Assembly (NCBI GenBank): GCA_051860465.1
Contig: JBHYDY010000008.1
Span: forward strand, 35,876 to 99,875
Direction: 5' to 3'
DNA from: Mesorhizobium sp.
GTDB lineage: Bacteria > Pseudomonadota > Alphaproteobacteria > Rhizobiales > Rhizobiaceae
DNA: 64,000 bases
The notes beneath the pieces are model-generated. The model did no database searches and had not been told where the DNA came from. It saw only the letters and a list, made by a program, of their open reading frames with translations. Shown here in pieces: positions 1 through 8,408 of the stretch (position 1 is the stretch's first letter; each line of letters begins with the position of its first letter). The translations under genes and the position numbers were made by a program.

Positions 1-1
1 G

Positions 2-1690
2 GTGGTGACGGCCGCCATGACGGCCGCCACGGCCTACATCATGCGCGAGATCGTCAATGGCGTGGTGGTTGATCGCGATGTCGCGAAGACCATGGCGGTT
101 GCCGGGGTCGTCGCAGCCATCTTCATCGTCAAGGGGGTCAGCACCTACTTCCAGTCGGTGTTCCTCAGCCGGGCGGGCAACAGGATCATCGCGGACAACC
201 AGCGGGAGGTTTTCGACCGCATCATCCGCAGCGACCTGACGTTCATCCAGAGCCGGGCGACCTCGGACCTGCTTCTGCGCGTCACGCACGCCGCCCAAGC
301 CGCGCGCAATGTCATCGACACGATGGTGCTGTCGTTCGTGCGCGACACCCTAACCATCGTCGGCCTGGTGATCGTCATGATCATCCAGCAACCACTCCTT
401 TCGATGGCTGCACTGATCCTCGGCCCGCTCGCGCTCGCGGGAACGCGTTTCCTGATTTCCAGGGTGCGCAAGATCATGGAAATGGAAATGGCCTCGCTCG
501 GCGAGATCATTCGCGTCGTGCAGGAGGCCGCGACCGGGTTCAGGGTCGTGAAGTCCTATGGCCTCGAGCCGCTGCTGAAACGGGACATGGACAAGTCGGT
601 CAGCGCGGTCGAACAGCGAGCCAACGCCATCGCCCGCATCGAAGCGGCGACATCTCCCCTGATGGAGATGCTGGCCGGCATCGCGATTGCCGGCGCCATC
701 GCCCTGAGCGCGATCGCGGTCATCCAGAACGGCCAGACGCCCGGCGAACTGGTGTCGTTCATGACCGCGCTGCTGCTGACCTACGAGCCAGCCAAGCGGC
801 TGGCACGGATGCGCGTTCAGATCGAGGCGAACATGGTCGGCGTCAGGATGCTGTTCGAGATCCTCGATCATCCGATCGAACTGAAGGAGGCTCCCGATGC
901 CGTGGACCTGCCTGCGGGGCCGGGCCTCATCCGCCTCGAGCAGGTCGGCTTCTCGTATCGCAATGGACCCAAGGTGCTGAAGGAGATGGATCTCAGCTTC
1001 GAGCCCGGCAAGGTCACGGCGCTGGTCGGGCCTTCCGGGGCCGGCAAATCGACGATCCTCAACCTGATCATGCGTCTCTACGACCCGAAGAGCGGTCGCG
1101 TGACAGTCGATGGTCACGACATCGCGAAAGTGACGTTCAAATCGTTGCGCCGGCGCATCTCATATGTCGGCCAGGATCCGTTCCTGTTCGCCGGCACGAT
1201 CCGCCACAACATTGCGCTCGGCGCCGAAGACGCGAGCGAAAGCGAAATCATCGACGCCGCGAAGGCCGCGAGCGCCCACGGCTTCATCATGTCCCTGCCC
1301 AAGGGCTACGATACCGATGTCGGCGAGAACGGACGCAACCTGTCGGGCGGACAGAAACAACGGATCACGGTTGCTCGGGCATTCCTGCGCAACAGCGAGA
1401 TCCTGATCCTCGACGAGGCGACAAGCTCGCTGGACTCCGAGTCGGAGGCCGGCATCCGCCAAGCCATCGAAAAGCTCGCCCACGGTCGTACCACCATCAC
1501 GATCGCCCACCGCCTGTCCACGGTCGCCGGCGCGGACCGGATCGTCGTCATCGAGGACGGACGGGTTGTCGAACAAGGTCCGCCGGCCGAACTGCTGCGG
1601 AATGACGGCGCCTATCGACGCCTTTACACCTACCAGCTTCTGCCTGACGCGGGCCCTCTGGAGAGCCTGGCCCGCGCGGCGGGGGAGTGA
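2..1690 (+). CDS. ABC exporter, fused permease/ATPase (MsbA-like); 5' end outside window
   Basis: ORF runs from the window edge. Hydrophobic N-terminal half, then Walker A GPSGAGKST, ABC signature LSGGQKQR and Walker B ILILDEATS. Confidence 0.9.
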   Translation: MVTAAMTAATAYIMREIVNGVVVDRDVAKTMAVAGVVAAIFIVKGVSTYFQSVFLSRAGNRIIADNQREVFDRIIRSDLTFIQSRATSDLLLRVTHAAQAARNVIDTMVLSFVRDTLTIVGLVIVMIIQQPLLSMAALILGPLALAGTRFLISRVRKIMEMEMASLGEIIRVVQEAATGFRVVKSYGLEPLLKRDMDKSVSAVEQRANAIARIEAATSPLMEMLAGIAIAGAIALSAIAVIQNGQTPGELVSFMTALLLTYEPAKRLARMRVQIEANMVGVRMLFEILDHPIELKEAPDAVDLPAGPGLIRLEQVGFSYRNGPKVLKEMDLSFEPGKVTALVGPSGAGKSTILNLIMRLYDPKSGRVTVDGHDIAKVTFKSLRRRISYVGQDPFLFAGTIRHNIALGAEDASESEIIDAAKAASAHGFIMSLPKGYDTDVGENGRNLSGGQKQRITVARAFLRNSEILILDEATSSLDSESEAGIRQAIEKLAHGRTTITIAHRLSTVAGADRIVVIEDGRVVEQGPPAELLRNDGAYRRLYTYQLLPDAGPLESLARAAGE

Positions 1691-1796
1691 ACGATGCGAT
1701 GTCGCAGAACCATGACCGGTCGGTCATGCTGACCGTTCGTCGCAAGCGTCGCGAACGGTCGGTCCAGGACGGTCCGGAAAGAGTGCGTACAGTCCC

Positions 1797-2666
1797 ATGA
1801 CCGCGGGCCGCGTATCCATCATCTGTGTCACACATGAAAGCAGCGACGTGGTCGGCGATCTGCTGGCCAGCGTGGCTGGTCGCTGTCCGGTCGTCATCGT
1901 GGACAATGCGGCGTCCGACGTCGCCTTGATTGCCGAACTGGCCGCTCGATACGGCGCGCAATTGATCGCCAATGACCGCAACATCGGCTTCGGCGCCGCC
2001 TGCAACCAGGGGAGCGCGGTCACATCGACCGAGTTCGTGTTCTTCGTGAATCCCGACGCCCGGCTTTCGGACGGCGTGATCGAAGGCATGCTCGCTGCCT
2101 TCGATCGCAATCCCGCTTGCGTGGCGGCCAGTCCAAGGCTCGTCGACGAGAAGGGCCGGTCCGTCTTCAAGGGTCGGAGCGTGCTCCTTCCGCGTGCGCA
2201 ATGGGTCAGGGAACCCGTCCACGACAGCGTTGTGCCGGTGCTCAGCGGTGCGGCACTGTGCGTTCGGCGCGAAGCTTTCGAGGCATCCGGCGGCTTCGAC
2301 CGGCGGATCTTTCTCTACCATGAGGACGACGACCTCAGTATCCGCCTGCGCGTACCCGGCGCGGAGTTGATGTATGTCCGCGACGCGGTGGTCGTGCATG
2401 CGGGCGGCGTGGGATCGATGCGTTCGGTCGCCATTGCCCAGCGCAAGGGATGGTGCATGGGTCGGTCCAGAATCTATGCCGCTCGCAAGCACAAGGTGCC
2501 CTTCGCGGTGACCCTGGCGCTCGCCACGGCGACGCTTCAGTGCCTGAACCCCGAACTCCTGTGGTCGCCGGTCAGGCGCGCCAAGCAATGGGGATTCCTG
2601 CGCGGACTGGTCAGCGCGGCGTTTCACGCGGTGGATGAGCCAACGACCGAACGGGTTGTCCCATGA
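1797..2666 (+). CDS. Family 2 glycosyltransferase
   Basis: N-terminal VSIICVTHES...VVIVDNAS pattern and the internal YHEDDDLSIRL acidic motif are typical of GT2 enzymes. Its stop overlaps the next start as ATGA. Confidence 0.8.
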   Translation: MTAGRVSIICVTHESSDVVGDLLASVAGRCPVVIVDNAASDVALIAELAARYGAQLIANDRNIGFGAACNQGSAVTSTEFVFFVNPDARLSDGVIEGMLAAFDRNPACVAASPRLVDEKGRSVFKGRSVLLPRAQWVREPVHDSVVPVLSGAALCVRREAFEASGGFDRRIFLYHEDDDLSIRLRVPGAELMYVRDAVVVHAGGVGSMRSVAIAQRKGWCMGRSRIYAARKHKVPFAVTLALATATLQCLNPELLWSPVRRAKQWGFLRGLVSAAFHAVDEPTTERVVP

Positions 2667-3835
2667 CACTCGACCGGCGCAAGCTGAAGCGGGAGATCGC
2701 CCGGGTCTTCCGCCAGATCGCCGGGCTACCGGCCATGGCTGGCGAATACGCCATGGCGACGCCGTTGCATGACCGGACTCTGCGGCCCCGGCAGGTTCGG
2801 ACTTCCGGGAATGTGCCGCAAGCCGACAAGGTGGCGATCTACGTGGTGTTTCCGCGCCATGGTGTGCAAGCGACCTACCTGGAGAGCCTGCGATACATCG
2901 CCTCCCGTGGCTATTCGCCCGTGACCGTCAGCAACCTAACGCTCGATGAGGCGAACCGCGCATCACTGGCGCAATTGAGCACCGTCCTCATCGAGCGCGC
3001 GAATTTCGGCTATGATTTCGGAGCGTATCGCGAGGGGATCCTCGCGGTGGAGGAGCAGTTGCCCCGGCTTCGGCGCCTCGTTCTCCTCAACGATTCCTGC
3101 TGGTTTCCGCTGCCCGGATCACGTGATTGGCTGTCCCTGGCCGAGGGCAGCGATCTGGACTACGCGGGCGCGGCAAGCAATTACGGTATCGACCCGCCCG
3201 ACGTCGACAGTTTCGAGAGCCTCGAATGGAGCTACGACACGGCCAGACGGAGCTTCCACTACTGCTCCTTTGCGATCTCCATGTCACGAGCGCTGATCGC
3301 CGATCCCGCGTTCATGCGTTTCTGGCGCGGCTTTCGCCTCTCGAACGCCAAGTCGCGAACGGTCAGGCGCGGCGAGATCGGCCTCACGCAGTGGGCGATC
3401 CGCCACGGCTATCGTCATGGCTCGGTGTTCGAGATCGACGGCATCGACCAAGAGATCGCGCAACTCGGCAAAGCCGCGTTGCGACGCCATGTCGAGCAGA
3501 TCATCATCCCCGAGTATCCCTTGCTGCGCGACCGGATCGCCGCCATCGTGGGAGATGACCCGCGGCGCGGCGTTCCGCGCAAGACGCTGGAAAAGCTCTT
3601 TCTGACGGCGGTCGCGCGCCAGGGAATGGCCTACACCATTCCCGCCTATCTGCACGAGACGGCAGGCTATCCCTTCCTCAAGAAGTCGCCGGTCTGGCTC
3701 GATCCGGTCGCGCGCGCGAAGACGATCCGGATGATCGAACGCTTCGGTGTCGAGGGAGAAGCCATACTGGCGGAAATCAGCTCCATATGCCAAGACCGCG
3801 GCCTCGACGCCCTGCAGGCCGCCGAAACGAAGTAG
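2663..3835 (+). CDS. Polysaccharide biosynthesis protein, rhamnan-synthesis-F (RgpF)-like
   Basis: 390-aa ORF translationally coupled to the GT2 gene. The LNDSCWFP and FHYCSFAISM segments resemble the RgpF family. Family call comes from memory of the pattern only. Confidence 0.45.
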   Translation: MTLDRRKLKREIARVFRQIAGLPAMAGEYAMATPLHDRTLRPRQVRTSGNVPQADKVAIYVVFPRHGVQATYLESLRYIASRGYSPVTVSNLTLDEANRASLAQLSTVLIERANFGYDFGAYREGILAVEEQLPRLRRLVLLNDSCWFPLPGSRDWLSLAEGSDLDYAGAASNYGIDPPDVDSFESLEWSYDTARRSFHYCSFAISMSRALIADPAFMRFWRGFRLSNAKSRTVRRGEIGLTQWAIRHGYRHGSVFEIDGIDQEIAQLGKAALRRHVEQIIIPEYPLLRDRIAAIVGDDPRRGVPRKTLEKLFLTAVARQGMAYTIPAYLHETAGYPFLKKSPVWLDPVARAKTIRMIERFGVEGEAILAEISSICQDRGLDALQAAETK

Positions 3836-3859
3836 CGACGCGCATCGGCGCCAGCCCCG

Positions 3860-5008
3860 CTAGGGCATTTTCGACCGGTAGACCCGCCCTTCGAAGCGGC
3901 CATAGGTCAGATAGTGTTCGATTGGATCGACCTTGGCCGCCGCCACGTCGGGGTTGCGCAGCAGATACTCTACCGGGGCGAAGTCCTCGGGCAGTCCATC
4001 CTGCCGCGCCCGGTTGTCCTTCCAACTGAATTCGACACCGTCGAGAACGGTTCTCACCGTCCGCATGAAGCGCGCCATGTCCTCGGTGGAAAAGCCGACA
4101 TCGATCTCCGCCACGCCGCCGCGCGGGGTCTGGCGCAACCCTTGTCCCTCGGGCAAGAGGGCGTTGATCCGGGAAATCAGCCCCGCATGCGCTTCCAGCA
4201 GACGCCTATCTATGTCGTCGAAGACGGGATCCTTCCGCGGATCCTCCTCGGACCGGAAACGATCCAGCAGCAGTGCGGCAAGTCGGGAACAACCGGTGTG
4301 GCTGGCGGCCATCACCACCTGCTTGGCCTGCCAGTAGGAAAGCGAGGGGTTTTCGAGGCGATCCGATCCATATCTGAACCCGGGCGCCTCCGGATCGGAT
4401 CCGATCGTCCGCAGGAACGCTCCGATCAGATCCTGTTTGTGCCGATCATAGTTCACCAGCCGGCAGTCCAAGCGGCTGTCGATAAACAGCGGCAGGCATC
4501 GCAGGACGCCTTCAGGTCTTCCAATGGCGGCTCTGACATGTTCGGCAAAATCGCGGGTCTCGCCATTGGCTTTCACCCTCTGCTTCCAGGCGGACATATG
4601 CCAGTCGTAGACGTCACGGACGAAGCCGACGATCCGCATCTCGTAGCGGGTCGAAAGCGCTTCGAGGGCGGCGATCTTCGCTGGCGTGATCCAAGTGCCG
4701 AGGAATTCGCCCGACAAGACGACCGTCTCCGTCACGCTGGTGGAGATCGCCTCGCCGATCACAGAGTCTAGATAGACATCGATCCGTTCGGCGACTGTGC
4801 CTTGGAATCGATCCTTTGCCGCGCGTCGCTGCATCACGTGGAGCAGGTTGCCGGTGCAGGCGCCCGCCTCCACGACCGAGGTGAGCTCGGGAAACGGATA
4901 GGAAATGCCCTGCGAAGCGAGAGCCTCGACGTTGCGGGACAAAAAGGCCTGGATCGCCGAGGAACCGGTCTTGGGGAGACCGATGTGGAGGATGATCTTC
5001 TTGCCCAT
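3860..5008 (-). CDS. Sulfotransferase-like P-loop protein
   Basis: N-terminus ILHIGLPKTGSSAIQ resembles a PAPS-binding 5'-PSB loop. C-terminal YLLRNPDVAAAKVDPIEHYLTYGRFEGR tail motif is common on rhizobial surface-polysaccharide enzymes. Confidence 0.55.
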   Translation of the reverse strand: MGKKIILHIGLPKTGSSAIQAFLSRNVEALASQGISYPFPELTSVVEAGACTGNLLHVMQRRAAKDRFQGTVAERIDVYLDSVIGEAISTSVTETVVLSGEFLGTWITPAKIAALEALSTRYEMRIVGFVRDVYDWHMSAWKQRVKANGETRDFAEHVRAAIGRPEGVLRCLPLFIDSRLDCRLVNYDRHKQDLIGAFLRTIGSDPEAPGFRYGSDRLENPSLSYWQAKQVVMAASHTGCSRLAALLLDRFRSEEDPRKDPVFDDIDRRLLEAHAGLISRINALLPEGQGLRQTPRGGVAEIDVGFSTEDMARFMRTVRTVLDGVEFSWKDNRARQDGLPEDFAPVEYLLRNPDVAAAKVDPIEHYLTYGRFEGRVYRSKMP

Positions 5009-5210
5009 CGCGACGCCGGCTGCTTCCTGTCGGACAATCCAGGCGAGATCGCCGCCTCATGGGAGCACTGTATTGGAACACTGCATCCCAGTCCATTCGG
5101 CGGTTCGGAGGCAGCGCTTCCGGGTCGATCGGAAACACCGTCCTCGACCGTGCTCAGCCCATGGAGGATCCCTCGACTGCCTCGAGGATGCAGCCGGGGC
5201 CGCGCCCCAG

Positions 5211-5248
5211 AACGACGAAAGGCGCGGAAAGCCGCGCCTTTCGTCGTT
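5211..5248. repeat. Palindromic intergenic element, copy 1 (16-17 bp stem, 4-nt loop)
   Basis: acgacgaaaggcgcgg-aaag-ccgcgcctttcgtcgt. It has the same architecture and flanks as the element at 6515-6550. Confidence 0.7.
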
Positions 5249-5323
5249 TGAGCTTATCGAGACATAGCTGACGGTTCATACCCGAGACAAGGTTTACGCA
5301 TCGCGCATTTGGGGCGGACCCGA

Positions 5324-5686
5324 ATGCCCTGGAACGAGTGTAAGCCCATGGATGAAGGTCTTCGCTTTGTCGCCCGCCTTCTGGAAGGTGAACGGATGGC
5401 ACCGCTGTGCCGGGAGTTCGGCATCTCGCGCGTCACGGGCTACAAGATCTTCAACCGCTACAAGGAATGTGGCCTCGACGCCCTCAACGACCGAAGCCGT
5501 CGGCCTTGTCGGCACGCCAACAAGCTGCCCTTCCAGGTCGGGCGCTGCATTCTGGGCATCAAGCGCGACTATCCTTCCTGGGGAGCGCCGAAGGTCCGCG
5601 ACAAGCTTATCCGCCAGTTCCCGATGATCAAGGCACCCGCGATCAGCACAATCGACGGCGCTTGCGGGACGAAATACTTGATCTGA
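5324..5686 (+). pseudogene. IS481-family-like transposase, N-terminal HTH fragment only
   Basis: MPWNECKPMDEGLRFVARLLEGERMAPLCREFGISRVTGYKIFNRYKECGLDAL...DYPSWGAPKVRDKL matches the N-terminal region of IS481-type transposases. The ORF stops after about 120 aa with no DDE/integrase core. Confidence 0.6.
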
Positions 5687-5757
5687 AGACCCGTTCAGGT
5701 GATGTTGAGTTCAAGTGGCGTGCCACTTTGGGAATGCCGGTGGATTGGAAAGTCACC

Positions 5758-6183
5758 ATGAAATTCGATTCGCTCCTTGCGACGGCGGTGTTTCTGGCCG
5801 GAATTCTGGTTGGCTCATTGGCGAGCGCGCAGTCGGGATTCAATGGTGCGGGTGGCTGGTCATGTTCGGTCGTTTTGACCGAGAGGGGCCTGCAGCCCTA
5901 CGGATACCAGGCGGACATCTACGCGCAGCCCGATGGCAGCCTCTTTGCAAACGGAGCGGTCTACGATCCGAACCTCATGCAATCAGTCGTGCCGTTTCAG
6001 GCGCGTGGGGACTGGGCCGTGTTTCCAAGTGCCAACGGGCTTCATGTGCGACTGCGCGCCCATACTTCGACCCACGGCATTTTGGTGTTCGAAGGCTATG
6101 CCAAAAGCAACACGTGGATCTACGTGGTCGCCCCGCTGAATAGCGGAGGACAAGCCGAGTCCCAGTGCACCCGGACCCGGTGA
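5758..6183 (+). CDS. Hypothetical small secreted protein
   Basis: ATG followed by signal-peptide-like MKFDSLLATAVFLAGILVGSLASAQ. 141 aa, no recognisable family. Confidence 0.5.
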   Translation: MKFDSLLATAVFLAGILVGSLASAQSGFNGAGGWSCSVVLTERGLQPYGYQADIYAQPDGSLFANGAVYDPNLMQSVVPFQARGDWAVFPSANGLHVRLRAHTSTHGILVFEGYAKSNTWIYVVAPLNSGGQAESQCTRTR

Positions 6184-6514
6184 CGCAGGTCCTGCTGACG
6201 GCGGGGGCCGGCACGGCTCAGGCAATCTTTGGGCAGGTGACGATTCTCTCTCGAAACGGGGCAAGTGGCCACTGCTTGAGCAGAAAGCCGTCTCCGCCGC
6301 GTAACCGGGGCAAATTTCCTGGCGGTCATGCTTGAGCGGCTTGCCTGGCGAGATCCGGGCGTCGCGGGATGGACTGTCGAATGGACGACTCCGCGCTGCT
6401 CAACGCTCCAGCGACACCGCGATTTCACGCCGCGCCGGTTTCGTGAACCGGTAACCCGCGTGTAACCGCGGCCCTGCAAGCCCCTGGGCGCCTGACGATT
6501 TCAACCGTCCCAAA

Positions 6515-6550
6515 ACGACAAAAGCCGCGGAGAACCGCGGCTTTTGTCGT
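6515..6550 (-). terminator. Palindromic element, copy 2; probable intrinsic terminator of tRNA-Gly
   Basis: acgacaaaagccgcgg-agaa-ccgcggcttttgtcgt lies 9 nt downstream of the tRNA 3' end. The minus-strand RNA ends ...CUUUUGUCGUUUUGGG. Confidence 0.55.
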
Positions 6551-6558
6551 CGAGAAAC

Positions 6559-6633
6559 TGGAGCGGGTGAAGCGATTCGAACGCTCGACCCCAACCTTGG
6601 CAAGGTTGTGCTCTACCCCTGAGCTACACCCGC
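6559..6633 (-). tRNA. tRNA-Gly (anticodon GCC)
   Basis: Reverse complement reads GCGGGTGTAGCTCAGGGGTAGAGCACAACCTTGCCAAGGTTGGGGTCGAGCGTTCGAATCGCTTCACCCGCTCCA. Acceptor stem GCGGGTG/CACCCGC, anticodon loop TTGCCAA, T-loop GTTCGAATC and an encoded CCA are all present. Confidence 0.95.
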
Positions 6634-6944
6634 TCGCGCGGCTTGTGGCCGCAAGTGACGGCTATATGGCCGAACTGATCGGGGATTGCAACAGGGAAAA
6701 ATGGGCGCCCAGCGGGTTGCCCGCACATTTTTTCGGGAAGCCGGAAACACCCGTGGGAAGCGTCGGCTCGACGTCTGCGCGTCGCTTCGGCGTACGGCCG
6801 CGGGCGGGCACGGCACGCTTTTGCAAACGGCGATTACCCGCGCCGCGGGCGGCGGCGCGGTTCCATGGACGCAGCGGCGAGGTCGCGATTGACCGCCACC
6901 GGCGGCCCCAGACTCGCGCCCGGCCGCCGACAGACCGTGGCGCC

Positions 6945-8405
6945 TCAGAACACCGGCGGGTAGGGCCGGCCGCCGCGGTCGAGCGTGATCCAACGCGTTT
7001 CGGTGAAGGTCTCAAGCGACCAGCGGCCGCCATGCTTGCCGACGCCCGAGGCCTTGAAGCCGCCGAACGGCACGTGCGGCTCGTCATTCACCGAAGAACA
7101 GTTGATGTGGCAGTTGCCGGTGTCGAGCTGATTGACGATGGCGAGCCCCCTGCCCTCGTCGCGGGTCATGACGCCCGCCGACAGGCCGTATTCGGTGTCG
7201 TTGGCGATCTGAACCGCTTCCTCGTCGGTGCGGAACGGGATCACCGGCACGACGGGGCCGAAGGTCTCGTCCTGGTAGAGCTTCATGTCGGGGGTGACGC
7301 CGGTCAGGATCGTCGGCTCGACGAAGCGGCCCTCGATCTTGCCGCCGAGCACCACCTTGGCGCCCTTGGCGATGGCGTCGTCGAGCTGTTCCTTCACCTT
7401 GGCGACCTGCTTGTCGTTGATGAGCGGGCCGATGACGTGCTCCTTGCTCTTGGTCGGGTCGCCGACCTTCAGCTTGGCCGCGCGCTCGACGAAGCGCTTC
7501 AGGAAATCGTCGAAGATCTTCTCGTGCACGAGCACCTTTTCGACCGACATGCAGATCTGGCCCTGGTGCATGAAGGAGCCGAAGCTCGCCGCCTGGGTGG
7601 CCCGTTCCATGTCGGCGTCTTCCAGCACGATCAGCGAATCCTTGCCGCCGAGCTCGACGCAGCACTTCTTCAGGTGCGCGCCGGCCTTGGCGGCGATCTG
7701 GCGACCGACGGGGGTCGAGCCGGTGAACGAGATGCCCTTGACGTAGGGATGCTCGATCAGCTCGTCGCCGACTTCCTGCACGTTGTCGCGGGAGCAGGTG
7801 ACGACGTTGAGCACGCCCTTGGGCAGGCCCGCCTCCTCGAAGATTTCCGCGAACAGAAGACCGCCGAGATAGGGCGTTTCCTCGGACGGCTTGAGCACGA
7901 CCGTGTTGCCGGCGACCAACGGAAACAGGAAGCCGCGGGCGGTGAGGATGCAGGGGAAGTTCCACGGGCTGATGACCGAGACCACGCCCATCGGGCGGCG
8001 CACGGCCATCGACACCTTGCCGTATTCGGACGGCATCACCTCGCCCGTCGAGTTCCACACCGAAGCGGCGGCGGCGTGAAAGATCTCGGTGACGTAGCCG
8101 GTCTCGAACATGCCCTTGCCGAACCAGCCGCCGCCTTCCGCCTGGATCGCGTCGACGATCTCCATGCGGCGGCGCTCCCAGATCTCGGCCGCCTTGTGCA
8201 GGATGTGGGCGCGCTTGGAGAAGGGAAGCTGCGACCAGGCCGGGAACGCCGCGTGCGCGGCCTCAATGGCCGCGGACGCTTCGGCCCGACCGGAATCGGG
8301 AACTTCGGCCCAGACCGAGCCGTCGGCCGGGTTCAGGTCCTTGAAGGTCTTGCGCGTGGCCGACCAGCCACCGCCGATGTAGGTACCCTCGAATACACGA
8401 GCCAT
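6945..8405 (-). CDS. NAD(P)-dependent aldehyde dehydrogenase
   Basis: 486 aa with ELGGKD and catalytic-Cys segment HQGQICMSVEK. AAGGAGA Shine-Dalgarno sequence lies just upstream, inside the end of the preceding ORF. Confidence 0.93.
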   Translation of the reverse strand: MARVFEGTYIGGGWSATRKTFKDLNPADGSVWAEVPDSGRAEASAAIEAAHAAFPAWSQLPFSKRAHILHKAAEIWERRRMEIVDAIQAEGGGWFGKGMFETGYVTEIFHAAAASVWNSTGEVMPSEYGKVSMAVRRPMGVVSVISPWNFPCILTARGFLFPLVAGNTVVLKPSEETPYLGGLLFAEIFEEAGLPKGVLNVVTCSRDNVQEVGDELIEHPYVKGISFTGSTPVGRQIAAKAGAHLKKCCVELGGKDSLIVLEDADMERATQAASFGSFMHQGQICMSVEKVLVHEKIFDDFLKRFVERAAKLKVGDPTKSKEHVIGPLINDKQVAKVKEQLDDAIAKGAKVVLGGKIEGRFVEPTILTGVTPDMKLYQDETFGPVVPVIPFRTDEEAVQIANDTEYGLSAGVMTRDEGRGLAIVNQLDTGNCHINCSSVNDEPHVPFGGFKASGVGKHGGRWSLETFTETRWITLDRGGRPYPPVF

Positions 8406-8408
8406 TTT

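Noticed and set aside
5407-5757. Upstream extension of the 5758-6183 ORF (track ORF starts at 5407)
   Set aside because: The extension overlaps the IS481-like fragment in another frame and is Arg/Pro/Gln-rich. The signal-peptide-like sequence begins only at the ATG at 5758.
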